This document shows, piece after piece, positions 56,672-64,000 of a DNA stretch of 64,000 nucleotides; position 1 is the first letter of the stretch; the number at the start of each line of letters is the position of its first letter. Made by a program: the position numbers and the translations under genes. The stretch comes from a virus. The stretch covers positions 32,001 through 96,000 of IMG/VR virus record IMGVR_UViG_3300012352_000355; one strand, 5' to 3'. The notes under the pieces were generated by a model, which saw nothing but the letters and a program-made list of their open reading frames with translations, was not told the origin of the DNA and did not search any database.

Positions 56672-57099
56672 TGAAAACCCTTCTAATAGCTTTCACTACA
56701 ATATGTGCCTTCTTAGGCACATATTTTTTAAAGTTGACTGCAGATAACTTCGAGCAGTTCTTGGCTATAGTGTCTGTTGTTAGCTTAGATGGTTTCTTTG
56801 GTGTGTGGGCTGGAACAAAGAAAGAAGGTTTTCAAACTCGTAAGGCACTAAAAGTTATTAAAACTTTGGTTGGTTGGGTAGTAATACTATCTGTTGTTCT
56901 CTTAGTAGAGAAAGGATTTGATGGTACATTTTGGCTAAGTGAGACTGTTTGTGCTCCTTTTATTATCTTCCAATTGATTAGTGCACTTAAGAATGCACAC
57001 ACAGTAGGAGTAATAGATAACAGTGTACTATCTCAAGTCTTAGAAAAGATAGACAGACATAAATTCAACCACGATATAGATGAAAAACCTCTCGATTAA
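56671..57099 (+). CDS. Phage holin (holin 4-like, multi-TM)
   Basis: LDGFFGVWAG..K.GFQTRK, several TM segments, FQLISALKNA. Confidence 0.75.
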   Translation: MKTLLIAFTTICAFLGTYFLKLTADNFEQFLAIVSVVSLDGFFGVWAGTKKEGFQTRKALKVIKTLVGWVVILSVVLLVEKGFDGTFWLSETVCAPFIIFQLISALKNAHTVGVIDNSVLSQVLEKIDRHKFNHDIDEKPLD

Positions 57100-57397
57100 A
57101 CTTAACTTTATCTTCTTCTTTGTTATTGTATACTTGCTTTACAGGTACGAGTATGTACAAGAGCAAGACACTAACCAAGTAATATCTTTTATAGATTCTA
57201 TAGATAAAGCCAACGATACTTACTTTGAAAAGATAGACTCTCTGGAGCATATCAAACACGAAGAGTATCACAACTATGAAAAAATCACCTTAAAGTATGA
57301 CACAATTCAGATTGCTATTGACACTATGCCTGACATTGACGGCACAAAGTATCTACTCACAATCTCTAGACAGCTTACCGCTAAAGGAGTTGAATAA
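57080..57397 (+). CDS. Putative inner-membrane spanin-like protein
   Basis: N-terminal TM plus coiled coil, directly after the holin. Confidence 0.5.
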   Translation: MKNLSIKLNFIFFFVIVYLLYRYEYVQEQDTNQVISFIDSIDKANDTYFEKIDSLEHIKHEEYHNYEKITLKYDTIQIAIDTMPDIDGTKYLLTISRQLTAKGVE

Positions 57398-57656
57398 TGA
57401 GTTCCTAAAAGGAATTCAAGCACGTGAAAGAGTAGTTAGTTTAAAGAAGATTGTCAAAGCAGACAGTCTTCAACTACATTATTACAAAGATTCTATAGTT
57501 CCCAACTACCAAAAGGCTTTAGATACAGCCAAGGTAGAGATAGTTCGCTTAGATACTAAAGTTAGATCTCAAGCAGAAACTATAAAAACATTGAAGAATG
57601 TTTTGAAAGGTGGATTAATTGCTATAGCTTTGTTAACCATAGGGTTAATACTTTAA
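57297..57656 (+). CDS. Putative second spanin-like protein
   Basis: Signal peptide, coiled coil and C-terminal hydrophobic GGLIAIALLTIGLIL; overlaps the previous gene by 101 nt. Confidence 0.5.
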   Translation: MTQFRLLLTLCLTLTAQSIYSQSLDSLPLKELNNEFLKGIQARERVVSLKKIVKADSLQLHYYKDSIVPNYQKALDTAKVEIVRLDTKVRSQAETIKTLKNVLKGGLIAIALLTIGLIL

Positions 57657-57667
57657 CCACCAAGCCT

Positions 57668-59002
57668 ATGATGCCAATTTCTAAACAGATTGTTCAGTAC
57701 TACATGGACAATCCAAATACGAATGAGACAGCTATTGAAGTTGCTCTTCGTTTTAATTATCATCCTGAAGAACGTAATCAGTTAAGGGGTAAGCGAGTTC
57801 GTGATTTAAAAAGATCAGCTATGGCTAAACTCCTAAAAGGCGATCCTCTTTACATGCCAAACCCACAATCTGAGATTAATTCTAATACAACTCTAGGAAC
57901 ATATGATGAGAATCTAGAAAAAGGTACCTTAGAAGTATCTAAACTAGTCTCTAAACAACCTAGATCTGCAGAAGAGATAATTAGAATCCACAAAATAGAT
58001 ACTACTAAGTGGAAATTAGTTCAGTATTGGAGTAAAGAAAAGAGTGCAGGCTGGCTAGTGTCAGCCTTATTTGCTCATATAAAGCCTGAGGATACTTTTA
58101 ATGATGATATAGAAGGCATTCTAAGAGAAGTCTTCCTTGAATCTAACATCGCAGTGCACCCAATGCCTAAAAAAGCCCTTGTAAGTACTAGTAGAGGCTT
58201 ATTTGTATACATGAGTGACAAACATGTAGGTGCACTTACACATCCTACTGCTCTTTTTGGTAACGAATACAATGAAAATGTCTTCGAAGAGAGAATGAAT
58301 AAGACTTTAGAGGAGATAGAGAAGCAAGTTAGGATACACGGAAGATTACAAGACTTGTTTATCTGTGACTTGGGTGATTCTTTAGATGGTTGGAATGGCT
58401 ACACTACTAGAGGTGGTCACCAGTTACCTCAGAACATGGATAGTAAGGAAGCTTTTATGACTTATCTTTACACTCATAAGAGATTCTTTGATACTTTGGT
58501 AGAAAGAAACTTAGCAAATAACATTCACGCAATAATGCAAACTAACGATAACCATGCAGGTTCGTTCGGTTACATTACTAATCAAGCATTAAACTTATAC
58601 TTAAATACAGCTTATCCATTTATCAAAGTAACGATAATGGAGAAGTTCTTAGAACATTTTGACTATGGCAAACACACGTTTATCTTCACTCATGGAAAAG
58701 ATTCTGAAGATCTTAAGCATGGTCTTCCCCTTTTCTTAACAGAGAAAGCAGAAAACTTCCTCAATAAGTATATAAATCACCACAATTTAGGAGAGAATAA
58801 AAATATCTCGATAGTAAAAGGAGACCTACATACAGAGAGTATGCAACAAGCATACAAGTTTAGATACCGTAATGTATTGTCTATGTATGGTTCTTCTAAG
58901 TGGATTATGAACAACTTTGGCCCTGGATACCCAGGAGTTTCCTTTGATTTAGTAGAAAAAGATACGGATTTGATTTATTCGTTTTATATTCGCTTTAAAT
59001 AA
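57668..59002 (+). CDS. Calcineurin-like metallophosphoesterase
   Basis: SDKHVG, LGDSLDG, NDNH, FTHG, GDLH motifs in canonical order. Confidence 0.85.
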   Translation: MMPISKQIVQYYMDNPNTNETAIEVALRFNYHPEERNQLRGKRVRDLKRSAMAKLLKGDPLYMPNPQSEINSNTTLGTYDENLEKGTLEVSKLVSKQPRSAEEIIRIHKIDTTKWKLVQYWSKEKSAGWLVSALFAHIKPEDTFNDDIEGILREVFLESNIAVHPMPKKALVSTSRGLFVYMSDKHVGALTHPTALFGNEYNENVFEERMNKTLEEIEKQVRIHGRLQDLFICDLGDSLDGWNGYTTRGGHQLPQNMDSKEAFMTYLYTHKRFFDTLVERNLANNIHAIMQTNDNHAGSFGYITNQALNLYLNTAYPFIKVTIMEKFLEHFDYGKHTFIFTHGKDSEDLKHGLPLFLTEKAENFLNKYINHHNLGENKNISIVKGDLHTESMQQAYKFRYRNVLSMYGSSKWIMNNFGPGYPGVSFDLVEKDTDLIYSFYIRFK

Positions 59003-59010
59003 AAAGAATC

Positions 59011-59241
59011 ATGATTACCCTAGCAGATATAGACAAATTAATAAATCAATTCTATCTAGACTCGGAGAAGGATGGTCAAGCAATGAGGCCTAATGCAATC
59101 CTACTTACCGAAGAGCAGTTTGAAGACTTGCTTATAGAGATGGGAGTAGAAGACGAAGATGATGTCACAATAGAAAGCATATACGGCTTAGACGTCATTA
59201 TAGCAAATGGTTTAGAGTATCCAAGACTAATAAGACTGTAA
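59011..59241 (+). CDS. Hypothetical acidic protein
   Basis: ORF ending just before the terminator. Confidence 0.65.
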   Translation: MITLADIDKLINQFYLDSEKDGQAMRPNAILLTEEQFEDLLIEMGVEDEDDVTIESIYGLDVIIANGLEYPRLIRL

Positions 59242-59243
59242 AT

Positions 59244-59273
59244 AAAAAGGGGCCCTATTAAGAGCCCCTTTTT
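59244..59273. terminator. Bidirectional rho-independent terminator
   Basis: AAAAAGGGGC / GCCCCTTTTT at the convergence of the + and - gene blocks. Confidence 0.8.
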
Positions 59274-59322
59274 GGTTGGTTGGTAAAATAACTAAAAACT
59301 AAAACTAAATAAACTAAAACTA

Positions 59323-59646
59323 TTAGATCGCTTGTGGTCCACCTGTTAAGCTAAAGAAAGCAAGAATCTCTTCCTTTACCTTCAACTCAACTACGATAGG
59401 CTCACTTGTGATTTCAAATTTAGTGATTTTTACTGGAACTTTTTGCTTAGTTACAGGATCAATCTTGTATTGATAGTCTACAGGGTTAAGTTTGTCTGCT
59501 GCTCCCTCAAGAACAATAGCCAATCCATTCTCTGTAGGATAGGTCATCAACACTTTGTTAAGGTCAAAAGAGAAACCCTTCTTAATAACGAGTTCCATCT
59601 CTTCACCACTCTCGATTTTTTCTTTTTCGGTATAGTAGAATAACAT
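59323..59646 (-). CDS. Hypothetical protein
   Basis: Last ORF of the minus-strand operon. Confidence 0.7.
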   Translation of the reverse strand: MLFYYTEKEKIESGEEMELVIKKGFSFDLNKVLMTYPTENGLAIVLEGAADKLNPVDYQYKIDPVTKQKVPVKITKFEITSEPIVVELKVKEEILAFFSLTGGPQAI

Positions 59647-59657
59647 AGTCGTATATA

Positions 59658-59939
59658 TTACCAGATGATAGCGATGTCGCTAGATCTTACCATGATTTTT
59701 TCATTGCCTTCTACTTCTACTAGTTCTGCAGATTGCAATGACATTAACTGTACGTAGACTTTGTCTCCAACGTTGATACCTTGAACTTCTTCTCCAACGG
59801 CAAATACTTCTAGGTTCTTCAACTTCTTCAACTCTTCAAACTCCATTGCCTCTTCCATTTCTGGACTCAACTTAATAAGTCTTTCTTCTTTTACAGGACG
59901 ATTGAGTAATACCCTGTGTCCTTTTACTTTGATGCTCAT
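59658..59939 (-). CDS. groES: GroES-like co-chaperonin
   Basis: IKVKGHRVLL...EVFAVGEEV.GINVGDKV...VRSSDIAII. Confidence 0.8.
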   Translation of the reverse strand: MSIKVKGHRVLLNRPVKEERLIKLSPEMEEAMEFEELKKLKNLEVFAVGEEVQGINVGDKVYVQLMSLQSAELVEVEGNEKIMVRSSDIAIIW

Positions 59940-59946
59940 ATCTTTT

Positions 59947-60387
59947 TTAATTTAGTTCTGCTTTAATTACATCTAGACCTGCAGCAATCAAAAGCTCTAA
60001 GCCTGATCTGTCTCTATAGTCTTCGATGTATACAAATGTAGTGATTCCACTTTGAATTACCAACTTAGCACAATGCACACAGCATGCATGAGTACAGTAC
60101 ATAGTGGCTCCCTCTGTACTGATAGGACTCTTGCATGCTTTAGTGATTGCATTAGACTCTGCGTGTAATACGTATTCAAAGGTTACATTGTTGGCTTCAC
60201 AAACATTAGGGAATCCAGAAGGTGTACCATTATAACCAAAGGAGATGATGTTACCATTCTTAACAATTAAGGCTCCTACTTGGAGTCTTTCACAATAGGA
60301 CTCTTGAGAAATTCTTTTAGTTAAATCTAAGTAAAGCAATGCTTTATCTCCTACTGTTGTGTTGTAAATGATTGGTATCTTATGCAT
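59947..60387 (-). CDS. dCMP deaminase
   Basis: S.C.RLQVGALIV...GYNGTPSG...HAESNAI...CVHCAKLVIQSGI. Confidence 0.92.
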   Translation of the reverse strand: MHKIPIIYNTTVGDKALLYLDLTKRISQESYCERLQVGALIVKNGNIISFGYNGTPSGFPNVCEANNVTFEYVLHAESNAITKACKSPISTEGATMYCTHACCVHCAKLVIQSGITTFVYIEDYRDRSGLELLIAAGLDVIKAELN

Positions 60388-60388
60388 A

Positions 60389-60823
60389 CTATGGTTTTAA
60401 ACTTTCTTCAAATCTATAAATTTCTTTTGTAATATCCACTACTACTCCATTAAAGTTTATGTCTTTATGTAGTAGAAGCTTATAATCCTCAGATAATTCA
60501 TCGAATCTATTCTGTTTAAACATCTCTAGATCTTTGTGATAGATCTTGTTAGGCTTGAATACATACATTATTCTCTCGTCTACTTCATAGTAGTCAAAGA
60601 AAGAATCAAAGCTAGTAATCTTTTCTTCGAAGGCTTTGAAAGCACTGCTCTCTACAGGTTCAAACAAAAAGAACAAGCAGTTAGAATGCTTAGACTTAAA
60701 ACCGTAGTCGTCTAGATAAACATTAATCAAACCAAAGTTGTATAGCAGTCTAGCAGCTTGAGCCCCTGAAGTAAATATCAGGGGACTCATAAACTTAGTA
60801 GTGTTGTTAGTGTTCTCGTTCAC
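60389..60823 (-). CDS. Hypothetical protein
   Basis: ORF track 60389-60964; a start at GTG60823 avoids overlap with the upstream nuclease gene. Confidence 0.6.
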   Translation of the reverse strand: MNENTNNTTKFMSPLIFTSGAQAARLLYNFGLINVYLDDYGFKSKHSNCLFFLFEPVESSAFKAFEEKITSFDSFFDYYEVDERIMYVFKPNKIYHKDLEMFKQNRFDELSEDYKLLLHKDINFNGVVVDITKEIYRFEESLKP

Positions 60824-60833
60824 CTTGGTAAAA

Positions 60834-61802
60834 TTAGATAACTCTGATTCCATCATTTTCGTAATCTTCTTTGGTGTATGCCCACAAATCATTCTCAGAG
60901 TGCCACATAAGTCTCTCAATGGCTTGGTGGAAACCCTCATAGGTCTTGCCTTGGAATACTCCACCCATCTTACCTATAGCCATGGCTTCATCTGACAGCT
61001 CATAGATTAAAGGACTACCTGGGAACTTTTGGCTTTCCACGATGAATCTAAAGTTACTAACTGTTAGATTCTCTCCGTAGATACTGAGGTCTGTTTGCTT
61101 TAAAGCTTCTGTGTAGAATGCTCCTTGAAAATCATAACGATATTTCATAAGAGTATCTGTCCAGAAGTTTAAGGAAGTAGTAGTAGTCTTTAAGTCGATA
61201 GGGTAGAGAATGTTGTTTACTACATCAACAACTACCAAATCCAATAAACCCTTACACTTCACCCCTAAGTATTCAAAGCTTAAAGCCTGTTGGGTAAATA
61301 CTTTGTATTGTGAGTTACCTTTTACAAACTTAGAAGTGAAGACATGTGACTTAAGTCCTTCTGCGATATTAATGATTAGGGCTTCTTGAGCAAAGGAAAT
61401 TACCTTCTTGCCTTCTGCTGCAATCAAATCTTCGTAATAAGTTTTACCTTCTGTTTCAAATCTTTCTCTTACCTTGGCGATAGTATCTCGCTTAAACTTT
61501 GCTGCTTCATATGCAATAGATTCAGCCATAGTATCATTTCGGTTAGCATAAAGATTCCATACAAAATCTCCCATCTGTCCTGTAGGTCTTTCTACGCTAC
61601 TGATGTGGAACTCTGATCTGAATACTTCTTCTCCTTGAGTTAAAATTAAATCAACTCCGTCACCTATTAGAGTTACTTCTGCTGGCTCATCTGTATCGGA
61701 GCTAGGGTCGTAGTTATAATATAGGTTTGGGTGTTGTAATAGCTTTTTAAGTCTGCTTTGACTCTGTGCTGTACTGTCTAAGTATCCTTGATCTAAAATC
61801 AT
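60834..61802 (-). CDS. PD-(D/E)XK nuclease (exonuclease VIII/RecE-like)
   Basis: SQSRLK, G..VD, CKGLLDLV...IDLKTT, YRYDFQGAFY. Confidence 0.85.
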   Translation of the reverse strand: MILDQGYLDSTAQSQSRLKKLLQHPNLYYNYDPSSDTDEPAEVTLIGDGVDLILTQGEEVFRSEFHISSVERPTGQMGDFVWNLYANRNDTMAESIAYEAAKFKRDTIAKVRERFETEGKTYYEDLIAAEGKKVISFAQEALIINIAEGLKSHVFTSKFVKGNSQYKVFTQQALSFEYLGVKCKGLLDLVVVDVVNNILYPIDLKTTTTSLNFWTDTLMKYRYDFQGAFYTEALKQTDLSIYGENLTVSNFRFIVESQKFPGSPLIYELSDEAMAIGKMGGVFQGKTYEGFHQAIERLMWHSENDLWAYTKEDYENDGIRVI

Positions 61803-61972
61803 TTGTCTATTGTTAAAGTTAAATTAAACCACAAAAACCCTAAGTGAAGACTGAACTTTTGTCTAGAGTGTGTTCTACTAAGGGTTAGTGTAGGGATTAT
61901 GTAGAAAAACCAATAAGGATAATCTCGTTGTCCTTGTTTTCCTCTAAAGAAGTTACTGAACTTTACCTTCAT
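61799..61972 (-). CDS. Small hypothetical protein (57 aa, not in the ORF track)
   Basis: ATG61972 to TGA61799, MKVKFSNFFRG...FYIIPTL...HLGFLWFNLTLTIDK; ATGA overlap with the next gene. Confidence 0.55.
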   Translation of the reverse strand: MKVKFSNFFRGKQGQRDYPYWFFYIIPTLTLSRTHSRQKFSLHLGFLWFNLTLTIDK

Positions 61973-62312
61973 CTGTTAAGTCATTAAATTCAGGCTTCTC
62001 TCTGAGGATGTAAGCAATAAACATAGCGTTACATTGTATGTGTCCTATGTGGTGAATCAAAGACTCTTTATCGTGAGACTCACCTGACAACAAACTGAAT
62101 GTATGTCTAAGCATGCTTTCAACTACTTCGCTTACTGGCATTCCTTTCTTCCAATTATTTGGTGCATACTTTTTTGCTCCAAACTCTAAGACTTCCACCA
62201 TTGGCTCTAGAGACTTAAAATCTACTAGAGACCAATGTGCTTTGCCTTTGTTAAAACGAAGTGCTTGTTTGCCTTCGTTATAATCTTCCATAGCGGGGAA
62301 ATCATCCGTCAT
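61953..62312 (-). CDS. dATP/dGTP diphosphohydrolase-like protein (DUF5664 type)
   Basis: RFNKGK..WSLV...VLEFGAKKYAPNNWKKG...S.LRH...GE..D.ES...H..H..CN. Confidence 0.85.
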   Translation of the reverse strand: MTDDFPAMEDYNEGKQALRFNKGKAHWSLVDFKSLEPMVEVLEFGAKKYAPNNWKKGMPVSEVVESMLRHTFSLLSGESHDKESLIHHIGHIQCNAMFIAYILREKPEFNDLTDEGKVQ

Positions 62313-62314
62313 AA

Positions 62315-62587
62315 TTAACGCATTAAAGCTCCTGTAGTAGTTTTAGGAGTATGATCTAACTTAACTGTTAGGATAACTCTTCCAAACTTCATAGGAACAA
62401 CTTCTGTGACTAATCCGAGAGTTCCATTACAATTAACTATAGAGCCTATAGAGATTGTAATTTCTCCTTTGTCTCCTTTTTCGTCTTTGTAAGTAACTGA
62501 ATTTTCACCATAGTAGTGGCTAATTCCAGGAAAGCCCACGGCTTCCACTTTGTCTGTTTCTGTTCTTGGTTCTATAATGTATAACAT
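62315..62587 (-). CDS. Hypothetical protein
   Basis: Packed ORF in the operon. Confidence 0.65.
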   Translation of the reverse strand: MLYIIEPRTETDKVEAVGFPGISHYYGENSVTYKDEKGDKGEITISIGSIVNCNGTLGLVTEVVPMKFGRVILTVKLDHTPKTTTGALMR

Positions 62588-62592
62588 AGTTC

Positions 62593-63030
62593 TTAGGTTA
62601 GTTCTGGTACTTCCACTCCCAGTATTTCTCTTGCAAAGGTAATAACATCTTGGATAAACTTATGAACTTCTTCCTTCTTTCCCTTAGAAAGTGAGAGAGG
62701 AGTTTTGATGAATTGACCTTGAAACATAATCTCTTCGTAGAAGTACTTGTCCTTAAGGAAAGTCACTACGTCTTCTTTGGTATATACTTCCCCTGTGAGA
62801 GACTCAAATCCTCCTCGGATGATAGGTACTAGGGTACTATAAAAATAAGCCAACTGAGGGTTTGTTTTCTTTGAGTCAATTCGTGTGATACAAATCTCTA
62901 CATCTACTTTTGGATCTTGTTTCATAAGTTCTCTAAAATAAGTCTGCATTAGTTCTCTGTCTCCCTTAAGATGGACAGTGCCATCTATGTTGAGAGACAG
63001 AGATGCAGGAATGTAAACTCTATTTATCAT
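62593..63030 (-). CDS. Hypothetical protein (NinB/YbcN-like)
   Basis: KTNPQLAYFY...E.V...LK...S...K.E...FI..V..FA...LG..VP pattern. Confidence 0.55.
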   Translation of the reverse strand: MINRVYIPASLSLNIDGTVHLKGDRELMQTYFRELMKQDPKVDVEICITRIDSKKTNPQLAYFYSTLVPIIRGGFESLTGEVYTKEDVVTFLKDKYFYEEIMFQGQFIKTPLSLSKGKKEEVHKFIQDVITFAREILGVEVPELT

Positions 63031-63280
63031 TTGTTCTTTTTTCTATTTCTTCTAATAATAAGAATGCCAACTCTTCGTCTTCGTCAATCTGATTAGAGAC
63101 ATTTCTTTTCTCTAGATAACCATCTAAAAGCTTTATAAAGTAAGCGTTCTTTGCTTTTGCTTCGTTGATTGCTTTCTTTAAATCAGGATTGACGAACTCA
63201 CGAATGAATTGGTATTGTGTGTTTACAGCTCTAGCTAGGAGATATGTTCTCCTAACTTCTTTAATCTCTTCTTCTTTCAT
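63020..63280 (-). CDS. Hypothetical protein
   Basis: Likely start ATG63280 in a TGATG overlap with the polymerase stop. Confidence 0.6.
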   Translation of the reverse strand: MKEEEIKEVRRTYLLARAVNTQYQFIREFVNPDLKKAINEAKAKNAYFIKLLDGYLEKRNVSNQIDEDEELAFLLLEEIEKRTNDK

Positions 63281-64000
63281 CACTTCTTCCAATACGGAGC
63301 GATACAGGGATCTGCTTTTAGTTTTACTCGTTTGCAAAACTTAGCACCTGAATCTACCATTGATTTTTCTAATTGTTTTGCTGTTTCTTCTGCTATTTCT
63401 AGAGGAGTTTCTACCAATATTTCGTCATGTATTATATTGACTATCAATACTTTGAACAATAAATTATTAGGTATTAAATACTTATTCCAGAAATACACAC
63501 AAGCTAATTTAGTAATTTCCGCAGACTCACCTTGGATAGGATAATTTAATGACATCCTTTCAATGTCACCTCTTTTTCTAAAGAACCTACTGACCTTCTC
63601 CTTCATTTGCCTAGCAGTAGGAGTGTCAGCATTCTTTATAGATTTGTATCTATCCCAGAAGTCTTTTGTTAATTCACTTTTAATCTGTGCAAACTCTTCG
63701 TAATAATCTACGTAAGATCTTTTACCTGTTACGGGAGAGATTAACACATAACCATTCTCTATTCCGAACTTCTTAGTTTCATCAAAGTAGGCTTTAAGTC
63801 CAGGGAAAGCTGCAAAGTATGCATCATAGATCTTTTGACCTTGTTCTACATTTAATCCTAGTTGGTCTGCTATACCAATACCACTACCACCGTAGTTAAT
63901 AGCAAAGCCAGCAACCTTAGCTGATTGTCGCTTATCCTTGTGCTTTTTCTTGATGTCATCTAAGTCCATACCATCTAACTCAGGATACATCTTACTCGCT
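63280..64000 (-). CDS. polA: Family A DNA polymerase, C-terminal part (cut by the window edge)
   Basis: Motif B RQSAKVAGFAINYG, NYPIQGESA, motif C IIHDEI. Confidence 0.95.
   Translation of the reverse strand, partial: ASKMYPELDGMDLDDIKKKHKDKRQSAKVAGFAINYGGSGIGIADQLGLNVEQGQKIYDAYFAAFPGLKAYFDETKKFGIENGYVLISPVTGKRSYVDYYEEFAQIKSELTKDFWDRYKSIKNADTPTARQMKEKVSRFFRKRGDIERMSLNYPIQGESAEITKLACVYFWNKYLIPNNLLFKVLIVNIIHDEILVETPLEIAEETAKQLEKSMVDSGAKFCKRVKLKADPCIAPYWKK

Noticed and set aside
1-64000. Stop-codon reassignment as seen in some crAss-like phages
   Set aside because: Genes up to 8.4 kb are uninterrupted in the standard code, and TAA, TGA (e.g. 50394) and TAG (e.g. 5610) all end plausible genes
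1-64000. CRISPR array, tRNA, rRNA, integrase or transposase
   Set aside because: No regularly spaced repeats, cloverleaf or recombinase motifs recognised by eye; a tRNAscan/Infernal run would be needed to exclude RNAs formally

Overview
This window is a 64-kb segment of a large AT-rich crAss-like (Crassvirales-type) podophage of a Bacteroidota host, read in the standard genetic code. Layout: (i) 1-5610, an accessory operon of exported envelope proteins: cohesin plus T9SS C-terminal sorting domain, CsgG-like lipoprotein, predicted beta-barrel protein with a nested overprinted ORF, and a C-type lectin with a dockerin-like motif, interrupted by an HNH endonuclease. (ii) 5.6-6.4 kb, a structured non-coding stretch and divergent Bacteroidota-type promoters. 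(iii) 6.4-59.2 kb on the + strand, the morphogenesis block: terminase, portal, scaffold-like protein, major capsid, ring/tail proteins, Cys-rich fibres, muzzle, small basic and cargo proteins, three giant ejected proteins including the DFDID-type virion RNA polymerase, then holin, spanin-like pair and a metallophosphoesterase. (iv) 59.3-64 kb on the - strand, the end of the replication/nucleotide block: GroES, dCMP deaminase, PD-(D/E)XK nuclease, DUF5664-type nucleotide hydrolase and a family A DNA polymerase cut by the window edge. The most notable observations are the phage-encoded cohesin/dockerin/lectin/CsgG surface-display module, the head-to-tail terminal cysteines of the three otherwise nearly Cys-free giant ejection proteins, a NADAR domain fused to the virion RNAP, and the nested overprinted membrane protein. 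All family assignments come from motif recognition and gene order, not from database searches.
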